Notes under the pieces: model-generated
Databases searched by the model: none
The model's input: the letters and a program-made list of their open reading frames with translations, nothing else
What the model was told of the DNA's origin: nothing
Origin: Rhabdothermincola salaria
GTDB taxonomy: Bacteria > Actinomycetota > Acidimicrobiia > Acidimicrobiales > Acidimicrobilacustridaceae
Direction of reading: 5' to 3'
NCBI RefSeq assembly: GCF_021246445.1
Contig: NZ_JAJQXW010000001.1
Coordinates: forward strand, 558,001 to 622,000
DNA: 64,000 nt
Program-made: the position numbers and the translations under genes
Part shown: piece after piece, positions 10,142-19,876 of the stretch
Position numbering within the stretch: the first letter of the stretch is position 1
Layout of the letters: the number at the start of each line of letters is the position of its first letter

Positions 10142-10813
10142 GTGCGTCGGTGGCTAGAGTTGCGACCACGTGCGGTGGTCGGGTTGGAGCGGCGAGTGAA
10201 GCGGATGTTCGATGTGGTCGTGGCGGCGACCGCGCTGGTGGTGCTCTGGCCGGTTGTGGCCGTCGTGGCCGTGCTGGTGCGCCTGCGGCTGGGTTCGCCG
10301 GTGCTGTTTCGCCAGCGGCGCCTCGGCCGCATGGGCCGCCCGTTCGAGCTGGTGAAGTTCCGCACCATGACCGACGCTCGGGGCCCCGACGGGTCCCTGT
10401 TGCCCGATGCCGAGCGCCTGACCGGTCTCGGCCGGGTGCTGCGTCGCACGTCGTTGGACGAGCTGCCCGAGCTGGTGAACGTGCTGCGCGGTGAGATGAG
10501 CCTGGTGGGCCCTCGTCCGTTGCCGGAGCGCTATCTCGAGCGGTACAGCCCCGAGGAGCGCCGCCGCCACCTGGTCCGTCCTGGCATCACCGGCTGGGCC
10601 CAGGTGCAGGGCCGCAACGCCCTCGACTGGAACGAGCGCCTGGCGGCAGACGTCTGGTACGTCGACAACCGGTCGTTCCGCCTGGACCTGAAGATCCTGG
10701 CCCGCACCGTGGCCGTGGTTCTGCACGGTGGTGGGGTGAGCGCCCCGGACCATGCGACCATGGCCGAGCTCACCCCCCATGAGCAGCGCCGGGCGACGAG
10801 GATGGAACCGTGA
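10142..10813 (+). CDS. Sugar-phosphate transferase, PglC-like priming transferase
   Basis: KFRTMTD...LPDAERLT, SLDELPEL, MSLVGPRPL and PGITGWAQV motifs; short single-TM form typical of PglC. Confidence 0.88.
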   Translation: MRRWLELRPRAVVGLERRVKRMFDVVVAATALVVLWPVVAVVAVLVRLRLGSPVLFRQRRLGRMGRPFELVKFRTMTDARGPDGSLLPDAERLTGLGRVLRRTSLDELPELVNVLRGEMSLVGPRPLPERYLERYSPEERRRHLVRPGITGWAQVQGRNALDWNERLAADVWYVDNRSFRLDLKILARTVAVVLHGGGVSAPDHATMAELTPHEQRRATRMEP

Positions 10814-11985
10814 GCCGCATCTACCTGTCCGCCCCCGACGTGCGGGGCCCTGAGCGAGAGATGGTGCTGGCCGCCATCGACTCCAACTGGTGTGCCCCGA
10901 TCGGCCCGGACCTCGACGCCTTCGAAGCCGAGGTGGCCGAGCTCTCGGGCCGCCGCTTCGGGGTGGCCCTCGCCTCCGGCACCGCTGCGCTGCATCTGGC
11001 CCTGTTGGAGCTCGGGGTGAAGGCCGGCGACGAGGTCCTGGTGTCCACCTTCACCTTCGTCGCCTCGGCCGCGGCGGTCACGTACTGCGGGGCGACCCCG
11101 GTGTTCATCGACAGCGAGTCCGAGAGCTGGAACATGTCCCCGGAGCTGCTGGCCGAGGAGCTGGCCGATCGCCGCCGGGCGGGCCGTCCGATGCCGGCGG
11201 CGGCGATGGTGGTGGACCTCTACGGCCAGTGCGCCGACTACGACCGCATCGTGCCGATCCTGGCCGAGTACGAGGTGCCGCTCATCGAGGACGCGGCCGA
11301 GGCGATCGGGGCGGCGCTGGGGGAGCGGCCGGCCGGTTCGTTCGGTGAGGCCGCGGTGTTCTCGTTCAACGGCAACAAGCTGATCACCTCGTCGGGCGGC
11401 GGGATGCTGGTCACCGACGACGAGCACATGGCGCACCGGGTGCGCCACCTGGCCACTCAGGCCCGTGAGCGGGCCCCGCACTACGAGCACGTCGAGGTGG
11501 GCTTCAACTACCGCCTGTCCAATCTGTTGGCCGCCTTCGGGCGGGGCCAGCTCGTCGGGTTGTCCGACCGGATCGCCCGTCGAGCGGAGATCCGGTCTCT
11601 GTACGTCGACGTGTTCGCCGACGTCGACGGTGTGGAGTTCAACCCGATCGTCGACGGCCGCACCGTGAACCACTGGCTGACGTGCATCACCGTGGATGCC
11701 GAGCGGGCGGGCTTCAGCGCCGAGGAGCTGCGTCTTCACCTCGAGGCCTCCGACATCGAGTCCCGACCGTTGTGGAAGCCCATGCACCTCCAGCCCGTGT
11801 TCGTCGAGGCGCCGGCTCGCCTCGATGGCACGAGCGACGCGCTGTTCGCCACGGGTCTCTGTCTGCCGAGCGGCAGCGGCATGGACGACACCGAGCTGCG
11901 CCCCGCGCTCGACCAGATCACGTCATTCCTCGAGGTCTCCGGCGCTTCCAGCCCGGCCCCGAGCATCGTCAGGAGCACCAGTTGA
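10810..11985 (+). CDS. DegT/DnrJ/EryC1/StrS aminotransferase, PglE-like
   Basis: IYLSAP, SGTAALHLAL, EDAAEA, FSFNGNKLITSSGGG and RPLWKPMHLQP motifs. Confidence 0.9.
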   Translation: MSRIYLSAPDVRGPEREMVLAAIDSNWCAPIGPDLDAFEAEVAELSGRRFGVALASGTAALHLALLELGVKAGDEVLVSTFTFVASAAAVTYCGATPVFIDSESESWNMSPELLAEELADRRRAGRPMPAAAMVVDLYGQCADYDRIVPILAEYEVPLIEDAAEAIGAALGERPAGSFGEAAVFSFNGNKLITSSGGGMLVTDDEHMAHRVRHLATQARERAPHYEHVEVGFNYRLSNLLAAFGRGQLVGLSDRIARRAEIRSLYVDVFADVDGVEFNPIVDGRTVNHWLTCITVDAERAGFSAEELRLHLEASDIESRPLWKPMHLQPVFVEAPARLDGTSDALFATGLCLPSGSGMDDTELRPALDQITSFLEVSGASSPAPSIVRSTS

Positions 11986-12923
11986 AGGTCGTCGTCACCG
12001 GAGGTGCTGGGTTCATCGGCGCCAACACCTGCCGGCTGCTGGCCGAGCACAACATCGAGGCGGTTGCTCTCGACGACCTCTCGTCGGGGTTCCGGTCGAA
12101 CCTCGAGGGCATCGGTGCCACCCTCGTGGAGGGGTCGATCCTCGATGACACCGCCCTCGATGAGGTCCTCCCCGGGGCCGACGCCGTCATCCACCTGGCG
12201 GCTCGTCCGTCGGTACCCCGTTCGATCGCCGATCCGTGGAGTGCCCACGAGGTGAACGCCACCGGCACCGTGAAGGTGCTCGAGGCGGTGCGCCGTCACG
12301 ATGTCGGCCAAGTGGTCGTGGCATCGTCGTCGTCGGTCTACGGCGCCAACCCCACCCTGCCCAAGCAAGAGGACCTCACCCTGCGCCCGGTGAGCCCCTA
12401 CGCGGCATCGAAGCTGGCGACGGAGACCTACACCCTGGCCTGGGGCTCCAGCTACGGGATCAAGACCTTGGCCTTCCGCTTCTTCAACGTCTTCGGGCCC
12501 CTGCAGCCTGCCGGCCACGCCTACGCGGCGGTGGTTCCGGCCTTCGTCGACGCTGCTCTGGCCGGTCGGCCCCTACCGGTGAACGGCGACGGCAGCCAGA
12601 GCCGCGATTTCACGTTCGTTGACAGTGTGGCCAGTGTGCTCACTCGAGCGGTGACCGACCGGACCCATAGTCCGCTGCCGGTGAACCTGGCCTTCGGCAC
12701 GCGCACCACGCTCCTCGAGCTCATCGGTGAGCTCGAGACGATCTTGGGCCATCCATTGGAACGGGAGCATCGTGAGCCTCGAGCCGGCGACGTGCCCCAC
12801 TCCCAAGCCGACCAGACCCGGTTCCGTTCGCTGTTTCCGGACGTGGAACCGACGCCGCTGCCCGAGGCATTGGCTCGCACCGTCGCCTGGTTCCGCTCCA
12901 CTGGCGCCGGGGCCGCTACGTGA
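11982..12923 (+). CDS. NAD-dependent nucleotide-sugar epimerase/dehydratase
   Basis: TGGAGFIG, SSSSVYG, YAASK and FNVFGP motifs; TTG start overlaps the upstream stop. Confidence 0.88.
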   Translation: MKVVVTGGAGFIGANTCRLLAEHNIEAVALDDLSSGFRSNLEGIGATLVEGSILDDTALDEVLPGADAVIHLAARPSVPRSIADPWSAHEVNATGTVKVLEAVRRHDVGQVVVASSSSVYGANPTLPKQEDLTLRPVSPYAASKLATETYTLAWGSSYGIKTLAFRFFNVFGPLQPAGHAYAAVVPAFVDAALAGRPLPVNGDGSQSRDFTFVDSVASVLTRAVTDRTHSPLPVNLAFGTRTTLLELIGELETILGHPLEREHREPRAGDVPHSQADQTRFRSLFPDVEPTPLPEALARTVAWFRSTGAGAAT

Positions 12924-14710
12924 GTGGCTCCCACGACCACGCACCGCCGCAGGTCTATGGTGACGAAGCTATGGCCGCACCCCAACCCGCAGCCGCGACC
13001 GATCCTCGCGAGCACATCGCCATCCTGTGGCGTCGCAAGTGGTGGATCCTGGCCTGTGTGGTCGTCGCCGTAGCCGCCGCACTGGCGTACTCGCTCACCC
13101 GCACGGAGCTCTACCGGTCCACTACCCAGGTGGCCATCAGCGGCACACCGTCGCTCACCGGAACGGTGACCCAGCCCCAGAGCGTTGCCGCCGAGGTGAA
13201 CTTGGCCGACAGCGCCGTGGTGCGCTCGGTGGCCCGGGAACAGGTGGGTGCGGGCCCGACCCTCTCGGTGAGCGGCGACAACACCACCGCCTCGCTCACG
13301 TTCACGGCGGTGAGCGATGATGCCACGGTCGCCGCCGAGGCGGCCGACGCCTACGCCGCTGCCTTCATCGCCGAGCGTCAGTCGCAGAGCCTGGCCGAGT
13401 ACGAGGCCGCCAGTGCAGTACTGCAGGGCCAGCTCAACGACGTCGATGCTCAGATCGCCGAGGTCAACCAGCGCGAAGCCGAGGCGCTCGTGGGGGTGCT
13501 CGACCCCTTGGCTCGCGTGGCCATCGAGGCTGACTTCCAGGAAGAGCGCCAACCTCTGGAGGACGCCCGGGGCAGGTATCGGACTCTGCTCGACAACCTG
13601 AGCATCAACCTCGGGCTGGCCCAGAGCGGTGGGGTCCGAGTGACCGATCCCGCCACTGTCCCCTCGTCGCCGTTCTCGCCCGACATCGTCCGCAACGTGC
13701 TGCTGGCCGCCATCCTCGGTCTGGTGGCCGGCGTCGGCCTCGCCTACCTCCTCCAGTACCTCGACACCCGTCTGCGCACCGACCAGGAGCTCGAAGACGT
13801 CAGCGGCCTGCCAACGCTTACCGTGGTGCCCCTCTACGGCAGCCGGAAGCACCGGAAGAAGGGGGCCGCTACGCTCGACGAGGCCGGGGTGGTGTCCCTC
13901 GTGCAGCCCCGCTCGGACGTCGCCGAGGCATACCGCCGGCTGCGCACCTCGGTGCAGTTCCTGAGCATCGATCGGCCGCTGAAGACCCTGCAGGTCACGA
14001 GCCCGGGCCAGGGCGACGGCAAGACCACCACCGCCACCAACCTCGCCGTCACCGCAGCCCGGGCCGGTCAGCGAGTCGTGCTGATGGACTGCGATTTGCG
14101 CCGACCCCGGCTGCACGAGTGCTTCTCGCTCGCCAACGACACCGGTGTCACCACGGTGCTCACCGGCCAGTCGTCGCTCACTGAGGCCGTGCGACGGCTG
14201 CCGGATCTGCCCGGCCTGGTGATCCTGCCGACGGGCCCGGTGCCGCCGGACCCGGCCGAGTTGCTCGGCTCGGGACGGATGTCGGAGCTCATCGACCGGC
14301 TGGCCGAGTCGGCCGATCTGGTGATCATCGACACGCCGCCGGTGTTGGCGGTCTCGGATCCGCTGATCATGGCCGCACGTTCCGATGCGCTCTTGATGGT
14401 GGCGTCGGCCAGCCGCACGGACCGCCGCCAACTGGCGCGGGCCCTGGCCCAGCTCCGCCAGGTCGACGCCCCGCTCATCGGCACCGTCCTGAACCGCTTC
14501 GAGCCCGGACGCGTCTCTGGCTACGGGGGCTACGGCTATGGGTACGGCTATGGCCACTACCAGTCCGACGCGCCGGTGAGGAACGGAGCGCGACCCGACA
14601 TGGCCGGCGACCCGTTCGGGCCAGGTGTCACAACCGCCGGCACTGCAGCCAGTGCGGATCCTGACCAGGATCCGCCGGCCTCCCGTCGTTCCCGCTTGAT
14701 GCGACGCTGA
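12920..14710 (+). CDS. Polysaccharide co-polymerase/tyrosine autokinase (Wzc-like), copy 2 (start may be 12971)
   Basis: EAYRRLRT, GDGKTT, DCDLRRP and DTPP motifs; GYGGYGYGYGYGHY tyrosine cluster. Confidence 0.9.
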   Translation: MSGSHDHAPPQVYGDEAMAAPQPAAATDPREHIAILWRRKWWILACVVVAVAAALAYSLTRTELYRSTTQVAISGTPSLTGTVTQPQSVAAEVNLADSAVVRSVAREQVGAGPTLSVSGDNTTASLTFTAVSDDATVAAEAADAYAAAFIAERQSQSLAEYEAASAVLQGQLNDVDAQIAEVNQREAEALVGVLDPLARVAIEADFQEERQPLEDARGRYRTLLDNLSINLGLAQSGGVRVTDPATVPSSPFSPDIVRNVLLAAILGLVAGVGLAYLLQYLDTRLRTDQELEDVSGLPTLTVVPLYGSRKHRKKGAATLDEAGVVSLVQPRSDVAEAYRRLRTSVQFLSIDRPLKTLQVTSPGQGDGKTTTATNLAVTAARAGQRVVLMDCDLRRPRLHECFSLANDTGVTTVLTGQSSLTEAVRRLPDLPGLVILPTGPVPPDPAELLGSGRMSELIDRLAESADLVIIDTPPVLAVSDPLIMAARSDALLMVASASRTDRRQLARALAQLRQVDAPLIGTVLNRFEPGRVSGYGGYGYGYGYGHYQSDAPVRNGARPDMAGDPFGPGVTTAGTAASADPDQDPPASRRSRLMRR

Positions 14711-14712
14711 CT

Positions 14713-15915
14713 ATGAATGCGGCGGCCGGCGGGCCGGGTGTGCCCCGGATCCTTTATCTCATCACCGACCCCATCAGCACCCGCCTGTTGAAGGGCCAGT
14801 TGGCCTACCTGCGCGACCACGGCTTCGACGTGGAACTGGCGTCGGCTCCCGGCGCCGACCTCCACGCCTTCGGGGCATCGGAGGGCGTGGTTGCGCACGA
14901 GCTGCCCTTCGTGCGCGAGCCCTCCCCCTGGAAGGACATGCGAGCCCTGGTGGCCACGGTGCGGCTGATCCGCCGGCGCCGGCCGCAGGTGGTGAGTGCT
15001 TCGACGCCCAAGGCGGGCCTGCTGGGCACGGTGGCGGCGTGGCTGTGCAGGGTGGGGGTGCGGGTGTATGTGGTGCGGGGCCTGCGCTTCGAGACCCTCA
15101 CTGGCCGTCGGCGCACGCTCTTCAAGGCGCTGGAGCGCCTGGCCGTCCGGTGCTCGACACAGACGCTGTTCAACAGTCGGAGCCTGCGGGCCTTGGCCGA
15201 GTACGAGGGGATCATCGCCCCGGGTCGCGGGATCGTGCTGGGAGCGGGGTCCGGCAACGGGGTAGACGTGGAGCGCTTCGCCAATCTGCCCGACAAGTCC
15301 GTGGTGCGGGCTGAGCTGGGCCTGCCGGACAACGCCTTTGTGGTCGGGTTCGTGGGACGCCTGGTGCGCGACAAGGGCTTCGTGGACCTCATCGAGGCTT
15401 TCGATATTGCGGCCCGGGTTCGGGAGGACATGCGCCTGCTGGTGGTGGGGGACTACGAACCGGGCGACCCGGTCGACGAGGCGACGCGGGTTCGGGTGGC
15501 GGCGGATATGCGGATCCTGCACGTCGGTTGGGTGGACGAGCCCGACCAGATGTACGCGGCCATGGACGTGTTGGCGTTCCCGTCGTTTCGGGAGGGGTTG
15601 CCCAATGCGCCTCTTGAGGCTCAAGCCGCTGGTGTCCCGGTCGTGGGGTATACGGCCACGGGGACGGTGGACGCGGTCTCGCCAGCGCCCTGCAGTCGTC
15701 TAGTTCAAATAGGAGACGTTCAGGCTCTAGCTACTGCGCTAGTTGCAGCGGCCAACTGTCCCGTCGCCGGTTCAAGCTCGTCATCGTGGGTGCGCGATCG
15801 CTTCGATCGCAGGCAAGTTCACTCGACGCTCCGAGATCACTTCGGACTCTGGCAGGGCGCCGTCGATGAGAAGTTTGCTGTGGGCATCCCCCGCTATAGC
15901 GGGGACACTCCGTGA
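14713..15915 (+). CDS. Glycosyltransferase family 4 (PglA/CapM-like)
   Basis: STPKAGLLG, GSGNGVD, FVGRLVRDKG and PSFREGLPNAPLEA motifs. Confidence 0.88.
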   Translation: MNAAAGGPGVPRILYLITDPISTRLLKGQLAYLRDHGFDVELASAPGADLHAFGASEGVVAHELPFVREPSPWKDMRALVATVRLIRRRRPQVVSASTPKAGLLGTVAAWLCRVGVRVYVVRGLRFETLTGRRRTLFKALERLAVRCSTQTLFNSRSLRALAEYEGIIAPGRGIVLGAGSGNGVDVERFANLPDKSVVRAELGLPDNAFVVGFVGRLVRDKGFVDLIEAFDIAARVREDMRLLVVGDYEPGDPVDEATRVRVAADMRILHVGWVDEPDQMYAAMDVLAFPSFREGLPNAPLEAQAAGVPVVGYTATGTVDAVSPAPCSRLVQIGDVQALATALVAAANCPVAGSSSSSWVRDRFDRRQVHSTLRDHFGLWQGAVDEKFAVGIPRYSGDTP

Positions 15916-17258
15916 ATATCCGTGTCAGTTGGTCCGGGATCGGCTTCATCGCGCTGACCGCGACCACTGTTCTCATACTCGCCGAGCCCTTCGTGCGTCT
16001 CGCCCTGTTCTCCATTCTTGTAGTCCTTCTGCTCTGGCACGTTCTGATTCCTCGAGCGACACTCCGCAGCCTCAGCGATGCTGAGCGCCAGGTACTAAGA
16101 GCCTTCCTGATCTTGAAAGGTGCGGCCGCTGTCGGGGCCTACGTGATCGGCTCAAACGCAGAAGCGCTCTTCAGTAGCGGTTGGGACAGTCAGGGTTATC
16201 ACAATCGTGCTGTGCAGATCTCGGCCGAGCTGGAGCTGACTGGAATCGCCACGAGTCAGCGCAGTGTGCCTGGTACTGGTGCCGTTGAGCTAAGTCTAGG
16301 CCATTTCTACCGGAGCCTCGGCGCTGATTCGCTTCTGATCGTGTCAGTCGCCGCCAGCTTCGTATCAGCCGTGGGCCTTGTCCTCTTCTGGATCTCGACA
16401 CGCGAGGTCGTGCGAGACTCCTGGCGACGGTGGTACGCATTGATTCTGTTCTTTGCTCCAACCACGATCTACTGGAGTTCAGGATTCGGCAAAGAGCCAC
16501 TAGTTCTCTTGGGTATTGGCTCGTTCGTTGCGTCAGTAGCACTGTGGCGCCGGGGCCGTAAGCCAGTGAGAGCGCTTCTGTACATCGCTGTCTTCGTCCT
16601 CACCGTAGGCATGATTCGTCCCCACATCGGAATGGTCGCGGTGGGTGCGCTCCTATTGCCGCTCCTCTTTGCACATGGAAGGGAGATAGCGCCGGTGCGT
16701 CGAGCGGTTGGCTTGCTCCTCGGTGCCGGAGTACTGCTCGCGTTGATTCCGCTCACTTCGTCACTTCTAAATGTTGAAGAGGGTGCGAGTCTGTATGACG
16801 CCGCAGTGGACCGAGCCGAGGCAACGTCGGAGGGACTCGGCGACGCCAGTTACGAGGCTCAACCCGTCAACTCATTTGGCTCCCTCCCTTCGGCTGTACT
16901 GACCACGCTCTTCCGCCCCTATCTCTGGGAGGCTCGTAGCGTATTTCAGCTGCTGACAGCCGCCGAGGCAGCCGCGGCCCTTGTGCTTGGTGTCTACGGC
17001 CTGGCGAAGGGCGGATTCTCTCGGCTGTATCGGCAGCGAGGGTTTTGGACACTCTATTCGTCCGGATACATTCTCGCTTTCAGTAGCGTTGTCGTGACTT
17101 ATGGCAACTTCGGACTGTTGGCGCGTCAACGAATGCAGGTCTGGCCCTTTATGTCGCTCCTGCTGGTCTTGGCCCTGCAGGAAGCGTCTTCGAATCGCTT
17201 ACCGAAGGCCTCGCCACGATCGACACCACATGACACCAAGTCGTCATGGACCCGCTGA
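15912..17258 (+). CDS. Polytopic membrane protein, probable Wzy-type polymerase
   Basis: About 10 TM segments; D..GY, GKEP, IRPH, RPYLWE and NFGLLARQR; sits among GTs downstream of wzc. Confidence 0.6.
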   Translation: MNIRVSWSGIGFIALTATTVLILAEPFVRLALFSILVVLLLWHVLIPRATLRSLSDAERQVLRAFLILKGAAAVGAYVIGSNAEALFSSGWDSQGYHNRAVQISAELELTGIATSQRSVPGTGAVELSLGHFYRSLGADSLLIVSVAASFVSAVGLVLFWISTREVVRDSWRRWYALILFFAPTTIYWSSGFGKEPLVLLGIGSFVASVALWRRGRKPVRALLYIAVFVLTVGMIRPHIGMVAVGALLLPLLFAHGREIAPVRRAVGLLLGAGVLLALIPLTSSLLNVEEGASLYDAAVDRAEATSEGLGDASYEAQPVNSFGSLPSAVLTTLFRPYLWEARSVFQLLTAAEAAAALVLGVYGLAKGGFSRLYRQRGFWTLYSSGYILAFSSVVVTYGNFGLLARQRMQVWPFMSLLLVLALQEASSNRLPKASPRSTPHDTKSSWTR

Positions 17259-18577
17259 TGAATCCAGCCGCCGGTCGCCGCGTGTCGCGCAGGCGATCTG
17301 TGCAGTCTGAGGGTGCCGTTGGTGCCGTCTCACCTGAGGTCATTGTGAGTTGTCTTGAGTGGGTTTCCGCCCGAGCTGCCGAGGCCGCGTCACAGGACCA
17401 ATCAGGACAGACTGATCGCCGTACTGGACCCAGAGCTCAACTGGCTGGCTTGATCGCACTGATCACATCGCTGGGAAAGCCAGGCTTCGCCCTGGCGGCG
17501 GCCTCATATTCTCTCCTTTCTCATCGCCGGGGCATTGCCCATCTGGGTCCCCTCCTGCTTGCTGATCACTCGAGTCGCGTGATCGAGACTGTCATCGAGC
17601 AGGCCCGGGGCAGCGGATCGAGGGAATGGCACGCTGCCGAACCGGTCCTACCAGCAAAGTGTGATCGGGCCCGCTCAGCTGTCAGCAGCTTGTGCCTGGT
17701 CGCTGGATCGCAGTACCGCCACGGCAAGTCACGGACTGACCTGGCCGTCGCCGCCAGATTCTGGGCCGCTGTGTTCACCTGGCGAGCACTGCTCCGACGA
17801 ACCCCGCCATGCGCAGTCCTAATCGTCGATGATCTCTCAGCGGAGAGGACTGCACTGGGTCTGGCCGCGTTCATCGAGAGGATCCCTATTGGTTACGTGT
17901 TGATGCCGGGTCGCCGTCGTCCTGCTCCACCCTTTCCGGTGGATGTCGTGTTCGGACAAGCAGAGAGTCAGGCGGAGAGCGTCCGGGCGCGAGCTCCAGC
18001 CATGTTTGCTCTTCCAACTCCCGTTGGAAGCTCGGTGGATCTCGCTCCTTTGGAAGAGGAGAGGCTCCGCTTGGGCTTTGCCCTGAACGCGTGGGGCAGT
18101 CTTGACGCCGTGCTCGATAGGTGCCGTGAGCTCAACGCCTCTGAGTTGGGTTCGAGAATTGCGAGCATCAGGGTCCGCCCTCATCCGCGGGTGGCGCGAT
18201 CCGAAACCTACAAGCTTCTGAATGCAACGTGCGTGGATATCGTCGTTACCGAGAGCGGTGAGAGCCTCGAGGCGTTCGCGGAATCCTGCGACCTGGTGAT
18301 TGCGGGAAACACGAGCGTATGCGACCGGTTGATCGAACTCGGCGTTCCTGTCGTGTCCATACCGGGCTTGGACTCTCTCGACGGTGACGACAGCTACTGG
18401 AATGCACACGACACTCCCCCTCTTCGGTACGGCTATCCGCTATCCGAGTTGTCCGTCGCTGAGGTGCGAAACCACTACGAGTCACAAATGGCCCATAGGT
18501 CCGGCTTGCCCAGGTCTGCAGCGCGCCCGACCTGGTCGGACGCGCTTCGGTGTCTGGTAAGTGGCTATGGCAAGTGA
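17246..18577 (+). CDS. Hypothetical protein, possible GT-B nonulosonic-acid transferase
   Basis: Overlaps both neighbours; VDDL, RPHPR and GNTSV...LGVPVV pattern. Confidence 0.45.
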   Translation: MDPLMNPAAGRRVSRRRSVQSEGAVGAVSPEVIVSCLEWVSARAAEAASQDQSGQTDRRTGPRAQLAGLIALITSLGKPGFALAAASYSLLSHRRGIAHLGPLLLADHSSRVIETVIEQARGSGSREWHAAEPVLPAKCDRARSAVSSLCLVAGSQYRHGKSRTDLAVAARFWAAVFTWRALLRRTPPCAVLIVDDLSAERTALGLAAFIERIPIGYVLMPGRRRPAPPFPVDVVFGQAESQAESVRARAPAMFALPTPVGSSVDLAPLEEERLRLGFALNAWGSLDAVLDRCRELNASELGSRIASIRVRPHPRVARSETYKLLNATCVDIVVTESGESLEAFAESCDLVIAGNTSVCDRLIELGVPVVSIPGLDSLDGDDSYWNAHDTPPLRYGYPLSELSVAEVRNHYESQMAHRSGLPRSAARPTWSDALRCLVSGYGK

Positions 18578-19658
18578 TCACGTCCCTCGAACGGAGGGTG
18601 AGACCCGAGAGCTTTGCGTCGTGTCGCCGCTACGACCCTGGGGTGCGAGCTACAGGGTAAGGGTCGGAGGTTGGCTCTCCCATGGAAACCTTCGACCTAG
18701 ATTTCTCGGTTTCACACCTGTGAGTGGCAGCAGGAAGGCTGGACAGTATGTCGACACTGTTTGCTACGAGCTCTCATCGAGGATTGCTTCACGCCGGCGG
18801 GAGGTCACTCCTGGTTCAGTGCTGGTGCAGAAGGAGGCTTCCCGTCTAGGTAGGGGCGGATTGGAGCGTGCGGTTGCTTTGAATGCTCAGCGACTCGTCT
18901 ATGACATCGACGACGCTGTCTTCCTTGAGGGCGCCTCTCGTCGAGGCCCGAAGCGTGCAGCTAGGGCCGCATCACTACTTGATGCAGCAGACCTCGTGAT
19001 CGTTGGCAATGAGTACCTGGCTGACCAGGTCAGATCCCGGGCTGCAAGTGTGACCGTGGTTCCGAGCTGTGTGGAACCCAGCGACTACGTGTCGAGCTGT
19101 AGCAACGAGGATGAGGGACCGGTCGTCCTGGGTTGGATTGGCTCGCGAACGACGGAGCGGTACCTACTGCCGCTCATGCCTACGTTGGCGGTCCTCCAGC
19201 GGCGATACGGCGTGACGGTGCGGCTGATCTCTGCCGGCCCTTCGCGGACGGAAGTGATGGACGGGTGTGTTGTTGAACGGCGTCGATGGACGGAGCGATC
19301 GCAGGCGGCGGAACTCGCCCAGCTTCACATTGCGCTCGCACCATTATCGGATGGCGAATGGGAGCGAGGAAAGTGTGCCTATAAGATCCTACAATACGGG
19401 TGCACATCTCTGCCCGTGGTGGGCAACGATGTGGGCGTAACTGGTGAGGTGCTGCGGCGAGCGGGTGGGGTCGTTGCGACGAGCGAGAAAGACTGGCTCG
19501 GGTCGCTCGATGAGCTGATCACGAACAGGCCTGAGCGGCTGCGACTCGGTGGGAGCCTTAGGCGCCTTGTCCATGCCGAGTACAGTTACGAGGCTTGGTG
19601 GGATGTCTGGAGCGCTGCGCTGCAGGCCGGTTCAGCCGCTCCAGAGACACCCGAATGA
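18561..19658 (+). CDS. Glycosyltransferase family 4
   Basis: YDIDDA, GNEYLA, GWIGS and GKCAYKILQY...PVV motifs. Confidence 0.8.
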   Translation: MAMASDHVPRTEGETRELCVVSPLRPWGASYRVRVGGWLSHGNLRPRFLGFTPVSGSRKAGQYVDTVCYELSSRIASRRREVTPGSVLVQKEASRLGRGGLERAVALNAQRLVYDIDDAVFLEGASRRGPKRAARAASLLDAADLVIVGNEYLADQVRSRAASVTVVPSCVEPSDYVSSCSNEDEGPVVLGWIGSRTTERYLLPLMPTLAVLQRRYGVTVRLISAGPSRTEVMDGCVVERRRWTERSQAAELAQLHIALAPLSDGEWERGKCAYKILQYGCTSLPVVGNDVGVTGEVLRRAGGVVATSEKDWLGSLDELITNRPERLRLGGSLRRLVHAEYSYEAWWDVWSAALQAGSAAPETPE

Positions 19659-19731
19659 CCAACTTGGTGGACAGGGTCCGGTGATTCGCGAGTGAAACTG
19701 CCAGTGCGGGAAGTGCCGCTCGCGAGAGCGT

Positions 19732-19830
19732 CGTTCTGCTTTGTAGTGTGACTTTCAGCGGTCCCCGAGCGCTGTCGATCTAAGAAGCACGTATAGGGCC
19801 GCGATGAGCTCGGGTGAGGTCATCGTCTGT
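19732..19830 (-). pseudogene. Degenerate copy of the 3' end of the 21593-22513 methyltransferase gene
   Basis: gtagtgtgactttcagcggtccccgagcgctgtcgatc aligns with gtagcgtgactttcagcgtgtcaccgagcccagtcgatc at about 21616; encodes VLLRSTALGD/LKVTL with a frameshift. Confidence 0.6.
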
Positions 19831-19876
19831 GGCATCACCCGGGTGAGGATCTTGTCGATCTACTATGCATGGGCAT

